DNA of 64,000 nt, from assembly GCA_040756235.1 (NCBI GenBank), contig JBFLZG010000126.1, positions 96,001 to 160,000 of the forward strand. Direction: 5' to 3'. The translations under genes and the position numbers were made by a program. How positions within the stretch are numbered: the first letter of the stretch is position 1; each line of letters begins with the position of its first letter. Positions 40,753 through 51,057 of the stretch are shown piece by piece. The notes beneath the pieces were generated by a model that was not told the DNA's origin, made no database searches, and saw only the letters and a list, made by a program, of their open reading frames with translations. This DNA comes from a bacterium. Its GTDB lineage: Bacteria; Desulfobacterota; DSWW01.

Positions 40753-43361
40753 AGACTCACAGTGGACCCCGGCCTGCGCCGGGGCAGGCTCTCCACGCCT
40801 GCGTTCCCCATGAGCGCAACACCGCAGATGGGCGTTCATCGACAGCCTCACGTGGAGGCTACAACCGAGCGGACGGTTCCTCGCACTCCGCGGACGGCGC
40901 ATGGCCCTTCTGGGCATGGCTGCTCGTGCTGGCGTCGTTCGGCATCCTCTGGCAGAGCGGAAAGATCCGGCTGTCCCCTGCCGTGTACGGCGGCATTTCC
41001 CTGGCGCTGGTGCTGCTGGCCCTCTGCGGTGAATGGCGCAGCGGCTGGCTGTCCAGGCGCCTCCAACGAGTCTTCTCCGGCCCGCGGCGGACCTTTCTCT
41101 TCCTGCTGGTCCTCGGAGCGTGGCTCGTCAAGTTCTACTGGATTCCGGGCTATCGCCTCTACACCCTGGGAGACGGGCCTCCTCACTTTCTCAATCTCTG
41201 GATGTTCCATCAGGCGCTGCGCGCCGGCGAGATCCCCTTCTGGACGAATTACTGGTCCTGCGGGTCTCCTTTCCTGCAGTTCTATCCGCCCCTGTTTTCC
41301 GCCCTTGCAAGCGCCCTGCTGTTCCTGCGTGAAGAGCCCTTCTGGTGCGTGAGGGTCCTGCTGTCCGCGCTGCACCTGCTGTCCGGCTTCACGATGTATC
41401 GGCTGGTGCGGGCCTTGGGCGGCCGTCGGGAAGGGGCGCTCCTGGGTGCCGTCCTGTACATGCTGGCACCGTGGCACGTGTTCGAGCTTTTCCACTCCAA
41501 TCGTTTCCCCGTCGCAGGGGTCTACACGCTGCTCCCTTTGCTGTTCTTGTCTGCGGAGCGGGTCGGACGCAGCCGGACGGGCGCCGCTCTCCTGGGCATC
41601 TTCAGCCTGGCCGCGATCACGCTCCTGCACCAGGGCTTCGCGATCTTCTGCGCGGGTCTGTTCTGCCTCTACACGGGCCTGCGGGCCGTTGCAGCGGGCC
41701 GCGGGGAAGGCCCGTCGCGGGCCGCCCGTCTGCTCCACGCCGGATGGGTCCTCGCGCTCGGGATCGGCATGGCCTCTTTTCTGGTCCTCCCCCACCTTCT
41801 GGAATCCGGCTCGGTCCCTTTTCTGCCCTCGGTCGGAAAACCGGAAGGGGTGCGAGGATTCATCATGGATTCGCCGTACGTGGCGAGCCTGCTCCTCTGG
41901 TCGCGGAAACCGCTGGGACATTCCGGCTACCTCGGCATCAGCCTCCTGGGCCTGGGCCTGATCGGGGCTGCAGGGTGGGTGTCCAGGCGCGGCAGGGCCT
42001 GGCCGAGTCTCCTGGCCTGCCTGAGTTTCTCCTTCTATCTGGTCCTCGGACACACGAACGGGCTCTACGGCCGGATCCCGTTCGTGTACTCGCAATTCTA
42101 CGCGGGACGATATCTCATCTTCCTGGTCTTCTTCCTGTGCGTCTGCGGCGGCCTCTCCTTCGGGGCCATCGAAGAGCGGTTCCGACGATGGGCACGCCGC
42201 CCGCGCGCGGGGGGCGGCTGCGGACCGATGGCGGCTTCCGGTGCGACGCGGCAGCGCCTGTTTCTCCTCCTGGTCGGGCTCGTGCTCCTGGATCTGGGGC
42301 CGATCGCGCACTTCGTGCAGGACAGCCCCCGGTACGCCTCACCCGACCAGGCGGCGGTGTATGAGGCGATCCGCGCGCTGCGCCGCGAGGACGGCAGACC
42401 GATGGCCAGGGCCCTGGACATCCCGCGGGATTTCGGGGCGCGCAATCACGGCTCCCTCATTTTGCCGTTCGAAGCGGATGCGCCGACGCCCGAGGCGGGC
42501 CAGTTCGGCACCCTGCCCTGCTACGGTTACATCTACAAGATCCTGAAGACCGCGCGGGAAGTGATGGCCGCGGAGGGCAGGCTGCCGGATGTGCTCCTCC
42601 AGGCTCTGTACGTCCTGAACGTACGCTACGTGTTCACCGACGCCCTCCCCGCCGAGGCGGCGAGATCCCTGGGAGGCGTACGGTTCGGGGGCCCCCTGTG
42701 GCTGTTGACCCTGCCCGAATCGCAGCCCGTGCTCGCCAGCCACCGGCTCGAGCCCGCCCCGGAATCGTGGCGCCTGCCCGACACCGCGCTCGACCTGGTC
42801 CTGGACCGCTGGGAGCAGCCCGACGGGATCGAGCAGATGCTCAGGGCCATGGAGATCGACAGGTCCCGGCTCAGCGCCGCCAGGCTGTTCGTCCGATCGG
42901 GCGGCGTTACGCCGGCGGGCTACGCGCAGCCGCCGGATTCGATCCGGGTCGAAGAGGAGCAGCTGGGCTACACCTGGACGCGCCTGAAAGTCACCGCCTC
43001 CTCGGACTGCTACCTGCAGCTCAGCCAGAGCTCCTTCCCGCACCAGCGCATCCTGCTGGACGGAGCGGAAGTCGCCGCATCGTTTCGATCGGCCATGGAT
43101 TTCATCGTGATCCCGTTCCCCCGGGGGACCCACACGATCGAAGTGCGCGCGCTCCTGTCGCCACTCAGAAAACGGACGCTGGGGATCTCGTTTGCGTTGT
43201 GTGCGGTCCTGCTGGGGCTGGCTCTGGGCAGGGGACTGGGCGCGGCGCGGCGGCGCGCGGACCCGAGCCGACGCGGACGGGAAGCAGAAGCGCGGCACGG
43301 GACGCCGATCCCTGCTGCAACCACGCGCCCTGACGGCAAGGGGCAACAACCGGAACGGTGA
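40734..43361 (+). CDS. Large polytopic membrane protein, YfhO/PTPS-related (GT-C-like); start uncertain
   Basis: [26 protein letters not shown], many TM helices, LNVRYV, and a YfhO-like C-terminus ([12 protein letters not shown]). Confidence 0.7.
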   Translation: MEPGAIETHSGPRPAPGQALHACVPHERNTADGRSSTASRGGYNRADGSSHSADGAWPFWAWLLVLASFGILWQSGKIRLSPAVYGGISLALVLLALCGEWRSGWLSRRLQRVFSGPRRTFLFLLVLGAWLVKFYWIPGYRLYTLGDGPPHFLNLWMFHQALRAGEIPFWTNYWSCGSPFLQFYPPLFSALASALLFLREEPFWCVRVLLSALHLLSGFTMYRLVRALGGRREGALLGAVLYMLAPWHVFELFHSNRFPVAGVYTLLPLLFLSAERVGRSRTGAALLGIFSLAAITLLHQGFAIFCAGLFCLYTGLRAVAAGRGEGPSRAARLLHAGWVLALGIGMASFLVLPHLLESGSVPFLPSVGKPEGVRGFIMDSPYVASLLLWSRKPLGHSGYLGISLLGLGLIGAAGWVSRRGRAWPSLLACLSFSFYLVLGHTNGLYGRIPFVYSQFYAGRYLIFLVFFLCVCGGLSFGAIEERFRRWARRPRAGGGCGPMAASGATRQRLFLLLVGLVLLDLGPIAHFVQDSPRYASPDQAAVYEAIRALRREDGRPMARALDIPRDFGARNHGSLILPFEADAPTPEAGQFGTLPCYGYIYKILKTAREVMAAEGRLPDVLLQALYVLNVRYVFTDALPAEAARSLGGVRFGGPLWLLTLPESQPVLASHRLEPAPESWRLPDTALDLVLDRWEQPDGIEQMLRAMEIDRSRLSAARLFVRSGGVTPAGYAQPPDSIRVEEEQLGYTWTRLKVTASSDCYLQLSQSSFPHQRILLDGAEVAASFRSAMDFIVIPFPRGTHTIEVRALLSPLRKRTLGISFALCAVLLGLALGRGLGAARRRADPSRRGREAEARHGTPIPAATTRPDGKGQQPER

Positions 43362-44896
43362 TGGAAGAACCCACTTCCAAGAAGGTCATCCGCAACACGC
43401 TCTACAACTACCTGGCCGTCGTGAGCCTCACGGTGGTCCGCTTCGTCTCCATGCCCGTGATCGTTCACGGACTGGGAGACGACCGCTACGGCATCTACGC
43501 GGCGGTGCTGAGCGTGGTGGGATACGTGGGCCTGCTCGATCTCGGGATCGGGCTCTCTCTCACCAAGTTCGTGGCCGAGTACGCGGCCAAGAAGGACGAC
43601 CGGGGGCTGAGCGAGCTCCTCAGCACCGCTCTCATCCTGTACATCGTCCTCGGCCTCGCCGGTGCGGCAGGGCTCGTCGCCTCCAGCGGATTCCTCACCG
43701 AGCGCTTCTTCCGCATACCCCAGGACCTCTGGGGGGAGGCCCGCGGGGTGCTCTGGATCTCGGCGGTCTCCCTGTTCAACGGCCTCACGCTCGGCATCTT
43801 CGGCAACCTGCTCAACGGCCTCCAGCGCCAGGACGTCTCGCGTCTGATCAGCATCGGCAACACGCTCGTCACCTATTCCGGTGCCATCCTTCTCATCCGC
43901 CTCGGCCTGGGGCTGGTCGGATTCGTGCTGTTCTGCGCCGTCGTCGACCTGGCGAGCTTCGTGCTGCAGATGGCCGTGGCCAAACGCATGGTCCCCTCCC
44001 TGCCGTTCTTCCCGCGCCATTTCAACGTCCGCAGGATGCGCGAGATCCTGAATTTTTCGTTCGCCATGCTGGTGAACCAGCTGGCGGTGCGCAACATGGG
44101 AAGTCTGGACAAGCTGATCCTGGGCCTGTTCCTGCCGATCCGCTACGTCACCCTGTACACGGTGGGCTTCACGCTGACGAGCTTCTGCTTCCGGCTCCCG
44201 GCTGCAGCCGTCCTCGCCTCCATGCCCGCGGCCAGCGAGCTGCGCGCGCAACAGCGAGACGAAGCGGTCCAGGAGCTGGTCCTGCGGGGAATCAAGTACA
44301 CGGGCCTCCTGGCCGTGCCGGTGTTCACGCTGGTCGGGGTTCTGGCGCCCCCGCTCGTGCGGCTCTGGATGGGCGAGGGCTATGAACAGAGCGCCCGTGT
44401 CGTCCAGTTGCTGATGGCGGGATATTTCTGGCTGGTCCTTGCGTCTTCCGGGATGAGCGTCATGGTGGGAATCGGCAAACCGTATGTCAACACCTTCTAC
44501 GCCGTCGCGCAGATCGTGCTCTGTACCGGCCTGAGCGTCCTGATGGTGCGCTGGTACGGGCTGCTCGGTGCGGCGGCCGGCTCGGGGACGGCTTATTGTC
44601 TGGGCGGCATCGCCTACCTGGTCCATTCGACCTTCATCTTCGGCCTCTCTCCGGCGCGGCTGGTCAACCGCAAGGTCCTGGGGAAGATCGTGCTGCTGCT
44701 CCTGCCGGGGCTGGCCCTGGCCGCCTTCTGCATACGCCATCCGGCCCAGGGCCTCGGCGGGATCCTGGTCCAGAGCGCGCTCTACGGCCTGATCTACACC
44801 GTTCTCGTGGTCCGGTACCTCGTGGACGACTACGACATGGCCAAGATGGCGGCCGTCATGCCCGCTGTCCGGCACCTCTCCCTGCTCCGGCAATGA
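43358..44896 (+). CDS. wzx: Wzx/MATE-like polysaccharide flippase
   Basis: [29 protein letters not shown]; about 14 TM helices. Confidence 0.85.
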   Translation: MMEEPTSKKVIRNTLYNYLAVVSLTVVRFVSMPVIVHGLGDDRYGIYAAVLSVVGYVGLLDLGIGLSLTKFVAEYAAKKDDRGLSELLSTALILYIVLGLAGAAGLVASSGFLTERFFRIPQDLWGEARGVLWISAVSLFNGLTLGIFGNLLNGLQRQDVSRLISIGNTLVTYSGAILLIRLGLGLVGFVLFCAVVDLASFVLQMAVAKRMVPSLPFFPRHFNVRRMREILNFSFAMLVNQLAVRNMGSLDKLILGLFLPIRYVTLYTVGFTLTSFCFRLPAAAVLASMPAASELRAQQRDEAVQELVLRGIKYTGLLAVPVFTLVGVLAPPLVRLWMGEGYEQSARVVQLLMAGYFWLVLASSGMSVMVGIGKPYVNTFYAVAQIVLCTGLSVLMVRWYGLLGAAAGSGTAYCLGGIAYLVHSTFIFGLSPARLVNRKVLGKIVLLLLPGLALAAFCIRHPAQGLGGILVQSALYGLIYTVLVVRYLVDDYDMAKMAAVMPAVRHLSLLRQ

Positions 44897-46101
44897 CCGA
44901 GCGCCGGCGGGCTCCTGGCGGAGCCCGCCGGTACGGCGGACCCATGGCGCGAATCGGAGTCGACGCGAGATACCTGGAGAACGATCTCACCGGCCTGGGA
45001 CGGTACTCCTTCAACCTGCTCGCGCACCTGCTGGAGCTGGATCGATCCAACCAGTACCGGGTCTTTCTCCGCAACGACTATCGGGGCCCCCTGCCCCGAT
45101 CGGACAGGGTGAGGTATCTTCCCGTGCCTTACCTTCCCATTTCCCCGGGATCCCTGGTGGGCATGTCCTTGCAGCTCCGTAAGGCCGGGGTCGATCTGTG
45201 GCACGCGCATTTCCCGGTCCTTCCGCTCGCCCACGGCCCGCCTGCGGTGATCACCGTGCACGACCTCCAGCCCCTCAGGGTGCCGGCGCTGGCGGGGCGG
45301 CGGCCTCTGCCCCTGCGCCTGGCCTACCGGGCCTTCTATTCCCTGGTCTATCGACGCTCCGTGCTGCGCTCGCTCGCAGTCATCGCCGTCTCTCAGGCGA
45401 CGAGCCTCGATCTCCAGGCATGCTTCGGCACCCCGCCGGAGAAGATCCGTGTGATCGAAGAGGCCCTGGACCCCCGCTTCGTCGGCTCGGAGGGTGCCGC
45501 GGATCCCCCGGAGCAGGCGAACGGCTCGCCGCAGACCGCTTTGCCGGAACGGTTTCTCCTCTACGTGGGCGCCACCCTGCCCCACAAGAATATCGACACC
45601 ATGCTCCGGGCCTTTGCCAGGGCCCTGAAGCGGCCGGGGGTCGGCGACTGCCACCTGGTCCTGGCGGGGCGCGAGAGCCGTTTCGACCGCGACTGGATGG
45701 CCCTGGCCGAGGAGCTGGGCCTGGAGCGCCGCATCGTCCGTCTCGGCTACGTGCGCCAGGACGGGCTGCCCCGTCTCTACCGGAGGGCTCGCGCCCTCCT
45801 GCACGTGGCGCGCTACGAAGGCTTCGGCTTCCCGCCGCTGGAGGCCCTGCACTGCGGCCTGCCCCCCATCGTGGCCCGCCATGCCTCCCTGCCGGAGGTC
45901 GTGGGCCCCGCGGGCCTGTGGGTGGACCCGGACGACGCGGACGGCATGGCCGAAGCGATCGAGCGGATCCTGGTGGACAACGGCTTGCGGCGGCGTATCC
46001 TGGCCTGCGGGAAACAAGTGCTCGAGCGGTACTCGTGGGGGAGGGCCGCGCGCTCGACCCTCGATCTGTACGAGCAACTCCTGAGGGACTCCTGCGGATG
46101 A
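44893..46101 (+). CDS. GT4 glycosyltransferase (MtfB/WbpY-like)
   Basis: IGVDAR, GLGRY, TVHDL, PHKN and YEGFGFPPLEA motifs; ATGA overlap (alternative start 44944). Confidence 0.88.
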   Translation: MTERRRAPGGARRYGGPMARIGVDARYLENDLTGLGRYSFNLLAHLLELDRSNQYRVFLRNDYRGPLPRSDRVRYLPVPYLPISPGSLVGMSLQLRKAGVDLWHAHFPVLPLAHGPPAVITVHDLQPLRVPALAGRRPLPLRLAYRAFYSLVYRRSVLRSLAVIAVSQATSLDLQACFGTPPEKIRVIEEALDPRFVGSEGAADPPEQANGSPQTALPERFLLYVGATLPHKNIDTMLRAFARALKRPGVGDCHLVLAGRESRFDRDWMALAEELGLERRIVRLGYVRQDGLPRLYRRARALLHVARYEGFGFPPLEALHCGLPPIVARHASLPEVVGPAGLWVDPDDADGMAEAIERILVDNGLRRRILACGKQVLERYSWGRAARSTLDLYEQLLRDSCG

Positions 46102-47609
46102 AGACCTGTCTGATCAATCCGCTGTTCGTCGAACCGGCCGGACCCGGCAGGGAGCGCTATTTCGTCCGCTCGGGCAGCCGCTGGCCGTCCAGCTACCTGA
46201 AACCCGCGGGGCGCCGCGGCCGCTACGTCCCGTTCCCGTTCTTCCTGGCTTATGCCGCGGCCCTGCTGGAGCGGGACGGGTTCCCGGTGAAGACCGTGGA
46301 TGCCGTGGGCGGGAACGTCTCCACGGAGGCGCTGCTCCGGCACGTGGCGCGCGCGGAGCCCGATCTCGTCCTGTACGAGACGACGACGCCGACCGTGAAG
46401 CGCGACCTCGAGCTCGCCCGCAAGCTCAAGAGCCTCACCGGGGCCGCCATCGTGCTCTGCGGGACTCATGCCACGACCTACCCCGAGCAGATTCTCGCGC
46501 AGGAAGCGGCCGTGGACCGCATCCTCCTGTACGAGTACGAGCAGACCCTGCTCGAGCTCGTCCGTGCCACGGCAGACGGCCGCGACCCGTCGACCCTGAA
46601 CGGGATCGCGTTGCGCGGCGCAGGCGGGGTCGTGGTGCGCAGGCAGTACCAGCCGATCGAGCCGCTGGACCGGCTCCCTTTTCCGGCCAGACACCTGTTC
46701 CCGACGGCCGAGCAGCCGGACCTGTCCGCGTACTGGGACGGGTTCTGCCAACATCGCCCGGCCGTGCAGATGCACGCCAGCCGGGGCTGCCCCTTCCGGT
46801 GCGATTTCTGCCTGTGGGTTCAGGTCATGTATCGGGACGGCCGCTACCGCATGTTTTCGCCTTCTCGAGTCGTGGACGAGATGGAGGACGCCCAGCGGCG
46901 CCACGGCGCGCGCGAGATCTACTTCGATGACGACGATTTCACGGTCAACAAGCGGCATGTCCTCGAGATCTGCGGCGAGATCCGGGCGCGCAGACTCAGG
47001 ATCCCGTGGTCCTGCATGGGCGATGCCGTCGTGCCGGACGCCGAGATGTTGGACGCCATGGCGGACGCCGGCTGCGTGGGCATGAAGTTCGGGGTGGAGA
47101 GCGCCTCACCCGGCATCCTCGCGCGGCTGGGCAAGCCGGTGGATCTGGACCGGGTGCGGGAAGTGGCCAGCGGCTGCAGCCGGCGGGGGATCAAGACGCA
47201 TGCGACCATCACGTTCGGCCTCTGGGACGAGACCCGGCAGTCCATGGAGGCGAGCCTGCACTTCGTCCAGGACCTGGACGTGGATTCCGTTCAGTTCAGC
47301 GTGACCTCCCCTTTTCCCGGCACCCGCTACTTCGAGGAGATGCAGCGGCTCGGGAGGCTGAAGACGCTCGATTGGGAGCGGTACGACGGCGCGCGCAGCG
47401 CGGTGGTCGAGTTCCCCCATCTCTCGTTCGCCGAGATCCAGCACGCCTGCCGCCGCGCGCCCTCGCGCTGGCTGAGACACAAGCTGGGGGATGCACGATG
47501 GCTGCTGCGGCAGGTGCGCTATCTGCTCCGCATCGTGCGCGGGCAAGGGCTCAGGGGTCTCACGGAACGATTCCGGCGGGCCGCGGACATTCTCATCGGT
47601 GAAAGGTGA
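46098..47609 (+). CDS. B12-binding-domain radical SAM protein (class B-type, HpnJ/BchE-like architecture)
   Basis: N-terminal RSGSRWP and B12-binding-like region, SRGCPFRCDFC (CxxxCxxC), FDDDDF, GVES, PFPGT. Confidence 0.85.
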   Translation: MKTCLINPLFVEPAGPGRERYFVRSGSRWPSSYLKPAGRRGRYVPFPFFLAYAAALLERDGFPVKTVDAVGGNVSTEALLRHVARAEPDLVLYETTTPTVKRDLELARKLKSLTGAAIVLCGTHATTYPEQILAQEAAVDRILLYEYEQTLLELVRATADGRDPSTLNGIALRGAGGVVVRRQYQPIEPLDRLPFPARHLFPTAEQPDLSAYWDGFCQHRPAVQMHASRGCPFRCDFCLWVQVMYRDGRYRMFSPSRVVDEMEDAQRRHGAREIYFDDDDFTVNKRHVLEICGEIRARRLRIPWSCMGDAVVPDAEMLDAMADAGCVGMKFGVESASPGILARLGKPVDLDRVREVASGCSRRGIKTHATITFGLWDETRQSMEASLHFVQDLDVDSVQFSVTSPFPGTRYFEEMQRLGRLKTLDWERYDGARSAVVEFPHLSFAEIQHACRRAPSRWLRHKLGDARWLLRQVRYLLRIVRGQGLRGLTERFRRAADILIGER

Positions 47610-47616
47610 GGAGCCT

Positions 47617-48786
47617 ATGCGCATCCTCATGCTGAATCACAACAGGAAATGGCGGGGGACCTTCTTTCGCGCCTTCCATTTCGCCCGCTGGCTCGTGCGC
47701 GCCGGGCACGCGGTGACACTGGTCACGATCTCCGACGGGAACCGGGTCCGCTTTCGCTCGGAATCGCTCCACGGGGTCACGGTGGTGGAATCGCCGGATC
47801 TCTTCTTCGGCATCGGACGCACCGGATGGGACCCCTACGACGCCTGGCGGCGGATCGGGTTCTTGCGGTCGGTGGGACCTTTCGATCTGGTCCACGCCTT
47901 CGATTGCCGGCCGGTCGTCATTTTTCCGGCCCTGGCGATCGCCCGGGAGATGCGCATTCCGTTCGTCTCGGACTGGGCGGACTGGTGGGGCCGGGGCGGC
48001 ATCATCCAGGAAAGGCCGCGCATCCTGCGCTGGGCCCTGGGCCCGATCGAGACCTTCTTCGAAGAGCATTTCCGCACCCGTGCGGACGGCGTGACGGTCA
48101 CCAGCCGCGCGCTCCAGGACCGGGCGGCGGCCCTCGGGGTGTCCCGCGGCCGCATCCGCTACATCCCTTCCGGTGCGGACACGGAGACGATCCGCCCCAT
48201 GAACAAGCGGGCGTGCAGGAGGCGTCTGGGTCTGCCGGAGGACGGGCCTCTCGTTGAATTCATCGGGTTCATTAACTATGATTTCGACTGCATGCTCCGA
48301 TCGTTTCCCTATGTGCAGAAGCGCTTCCCGGATGCGCGTCTGCTGCTGGTCGGGCAGCCGTCAGCGCTCACCGGGAGGATCTGCAAGGAGCTCGGCATCA
48401 GCGCGGGCATTCAGGAGGTCGGCATCGTTCCGTACGAGAAGCTTGCGCCCTACCTGGCTTGCGCGGACGTGCTGCTGCTGCCTTTCACCGACAAGATCTG
48501 CAACATCGGCCGGGGGCCGATCAAACTGGGAGACTACATGGCCGCGGGCAGGCCGATCGTGACCCAACCGGTCGGAGACCTCCGCTCCCTTTTCGATCTG
48601 GAAGAGCCCATCGGGCTGCTCTGCGGGGACCGGCCGGAGTCGTTCGGGCAGGCCGTCTGCGAGCTCCTGGCAGACCCGGCGCGCGCCGAACGCTACGGAA
48701 GGAACGCGAGGAGACTGGCCGAGGACAGATATTCCTGGGAGATGCTCAGCGGCCGCCTGGAGGCCTTCTACCGGGAGCTCGTCTAG
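47617..48786 (+). CDS. GT4 glycosyltransferase
   Basis: MRILML, DWADWW, IPSGAD and PIKLGDYMAAGRPIV motifs. Confidence 0.85.
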   Translation: MRILMLNHNRKWRGTFFRAFHFARWLVRAGHAVTLVTISDGNRVRFRSESLHGVTVVESPDLFFGIGRTGWDPYDAWRRIGFLRSVGPFDLVHAFDCRPVVIFPALAIAREMRIPFVSDWADWWGRGGIIQERPRILRWALGPIETFFEEHFRTRADGVTVTSRALQDRAAALGVSRGRIRYIPSGADTETIRPMNKRACRRRLGLPEDGPLVEFIGFINYDFDCMLRSFPYVQKRFPDARLLLVGQPSALTGRICKELGISAGIQEVGIVPYEKLAPYLACADVLLLPFTDKICNIGRGPIKLGDYMAAGRPIVTQPVGDLRSLFDLEEPIGLLCGDRPESFGQAVCELLADPARAERYGRNARRLAEDRYSWEMLSGRLEAFYRELV

Positions 48787-48807
48787 CCGGCCCGGAAAGA
48801 GTGAGAC

Positions 48808-49923
48808 ATGCGGATTCTGGTCACAGGAGGTGCCGGGTTCATCGGCTCCCATCTCGTCGACGCTCTGGTCGAAAGAGGGCACGAGGTCGTCATCTATGAC
48901 AGCCTCGACCCTCAGGTCCACGGGAACGGAAAGCCGCCGGCCTATCTCAACCGCAACGCCCGCTTCCTCCAGGGCGACGTGCGCGACCATGCGGGGCTGA
49001 AGGCGGCCCTGGAGGGCGCGGAGATCGTCTTCCACGAAGCGAGCGCGGTCGGGGTCGGCCAGTCACAGTATGAAATCGCCCGCTACGTAGGCGTCAACAC
49101 CCTGGGAACCGCCAACCTCCTCGACCTCCTCGCAAACGGGAAGACCCGGGTGCGGAAGCTCATCGTGGCCGCCTCGATGAGCACCTACGGCGAGGGGCTG
49201 TACGGCTGCCGCGAGTGCGGGCCGGTCCGGCCGCCGCTACGGTCGGCGCCGGAGCGCACCCGGGCGGGGTCCTGGGAGCCGGCCTGCCCGGGCTGCGGCC
49301 GGACCGTGGCCCCCCTGCCGACGCCCGAGGCCGCGGCCCTCTATCCGAACTCGATCTACAGCCTGAGCAAGAGGGATCAGGAGGAGATGTGCCTTCTCAT
49401 CGGCGGCACCTACGGCATCCCGGTCGTATCGCTCCGCTACTTCAACGTGTACGGACCTCGCCAGTCGCTGTCGAATCCTTACACGGGTGTCGCCGCCATC
49501 TTCCTGAGCCGCATCAAGAACGACCGCCCTCCCGTCCTGTACGAGGACGGCCTGCAGACGAGGGATTTCGTCTCCGTCCACGATGTCGTCAAGGCCAACC
49601 TTCTCGCCATGGAACGGGACGAGGCGAACGGACAGATCCTGAACGTGGGAACCGGCAGACCGGTCACGATCCGCGCGGTGGCCGAGACCCTGGCGCGCGT
49701 CCTGGGGAAAGCCATCGGGCCGGAAATCACCTTTCGGTTCCGCAAAGGAGACGTGCGCCATTGCTTCGCCGACCCGGCCAGGATCTCGACCGTCCTGGGC
49801 TTCCAGCCCGAAGTCTCCTTTCAGGACGGGGTGAGGGATCTGGTCCATTGGTCCCGCGCCGTCGCAGCAGAAGATCGCTTCGAGCAGGCTCGAGAGGAGC
49901 TCGAGGCCAGGGGCCTGGTGTGA
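48808..49923 (+). CDS. NAD-dependent epimerase, WbiB-like (dTDP-L-rhamnose 4-epimerase family)
   Basis: [24 protein letters not shown], CxxC..CxxC insertion, YSLSK, SNPYTGV. Confidence 0.8.
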   Translation: MRILVTGGAGFIGSHLVDALVERGHEVVIYDSLDPQVHGNGKPPAYLNRNARFLQGDVRDHAGLKAALEGAEIVFHEASAVGVGQSQYEIARYVGVNTLGTANLLDLLANGKTRVRKLIVAASMSTYGEGLYGCRECGPVRPPLRSAPERTRAGSWEPACPGCGRTVAPLPTPEAAALYPNSIYSLSKRDQEEMCLLIGGTYGIPVVSLRYFNVYGPRQSLSNPYTGVAAIFLSRIKNDRPPVLYEDGLQTRDFVSVHDVVKANLLAMERDEANGQILNVGTGRPVTIRAVAETLARVLGKAIGPEITFRFRKGDVRHCFADPARISTVLGFQPEVSFQDGVRDLVHWSRAVAAEDRFEQAREELEARGLV

Positions 49924-50022
49924 GCAGGACCGGCCGGAAAGGGGACATTCCCCCGTTCCGCTCCGCTCCGGCAGCAGGGCGAGCGCACGGTTCGTCGATC
50001 AACCGTCTGGTGAGGGGTGCAG

Positions 50023-51057
50023 ATGAAAGCGCTGATTATCGGTGGCGCCGGTTTCATCGGCTGCAACATCGCAGCCCGGCGGCTTGGGGAGAAGGACCAT
50101 GCCGTCCTGGTCCTGGACAATCTCTCCCGCAAGGGCACGCCGGAGAACCTCCGGTGGCTGAGGACCCTGGGGGAATTCGAGTTCATCCAGGGCGACATCC
50201 GTCGCTGCGAGGACCTGGAGCCGACCTTCCGAGCACACCCGGACATCGATGTCGTGTATCACATGGCGGCCCAGAGCGCCGTCACCATTTCCGTCCGGGA
50301 CCCCCGGGAGGACTTCGAAATCAATGCGCTGGGGACTTTCAACGTGCTCGAGGCGATACGCCGGGGTCCGGCAAGACCGGTGCTGGTGTTCGCTTCGACC
50401 AACAAGGTCTACGGCGGGATGGAGGACGTGGCCGTCGTCGAGGTCCGGAATCGCTACACCTACCGCGATTTTCCGCACGGCATGAGCGAGCAGCGTGCGC
50501 TGGATTTCCACTCTCCCTACGGCTGCTCCAAGGGGGCCGCCGACCAGTACGTGCGGGACTACGCCCGGATCTACGGACTGGAAACCATCATCTTCCGCCA
50601 GTCCTGCATCTACGGGTACCGCCAGTTCGGTCTGGAGGATCAGGGATGGGTCGCCTGGTTCACCATCCAGGCGGTCCTCGATCGTCCGGTGACCATTTTC
50701 GGCGACGGCAAGCAGGTCCGAGACATGCTCTTCATAGAAGATCTCCTGGACGCCTACGACGCGGCGGTGGCCGGGAGAGAAGTAACTCGAGGGAAGATCT
50801 ACAACATCGGAGGCGGGCCGCGGAACCGGATGTCCCTCCACGACCTGATCCTGCATCTGGAGGAGCGGACCGGGCGCAGGATGAAGGTCCGCTATGACGG
50901 TTGGCGGCCGGGCGACCAGCCTGTCTTCCTGTCGAACGTGGAGCTGGCCAAGCGAGATTTCGGGTGGGAGCCGGTCACCCCTCCGGAGACCGGGGTCGGC
51001 AAGCTGTTCGAATGGGTTTCGAAGCATGCATCGCTCTTTCTCGAGATGGGACTTTGA
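50023..51057 (+). CDS. CDP-paratose 2-epimerase (CDP-tyvelose epimerase)-like SDR
   Basis: [32 protein letters not shown] and EDQGWVAWF motifs (RfbE family). Confidence 0.85.
   Translation: MKALIIGGAGFIGCNIAARRLGEKDHAVLVLDNLSRKGTPENLRWLRTLGEFEFIQGDIRRCEDLEPTFRAHPDIDVVYHMAAQSAVTISVRDPREDFEINALGTFNVLEAIRRGPARPVLVFASTNKVYGGMEDVAVVEVRNRYTYRDFPHGMSEQRALDFHSPYGCSKGAADQYVRDYARIYGLETIIFRQSCIYGYRQFGLEDQGWVAWFTIQAVLDRPVTIFGDGKQVRDMLFIEDLLDAYDAAVAGREVTRGKIYNIGGGPRNRMSLHDLILHLEERTGRRMKVRYDGWRPGDQPVFLSNVELAKRDFGWEPVTPPETGVGKLFEWVSKHASLFLEMGL

Noticed and set aside
46098..47609. Radical SAM gene as the AmmeMemoRadiSam partner (AmrS) or as hopanoid HpnJ
   Set aside because: The architecture is B12-binding plus radical SAM, unlike the PFL-activase-like AmrS, and there are no hopanoid genes in the window to support HpnJ.
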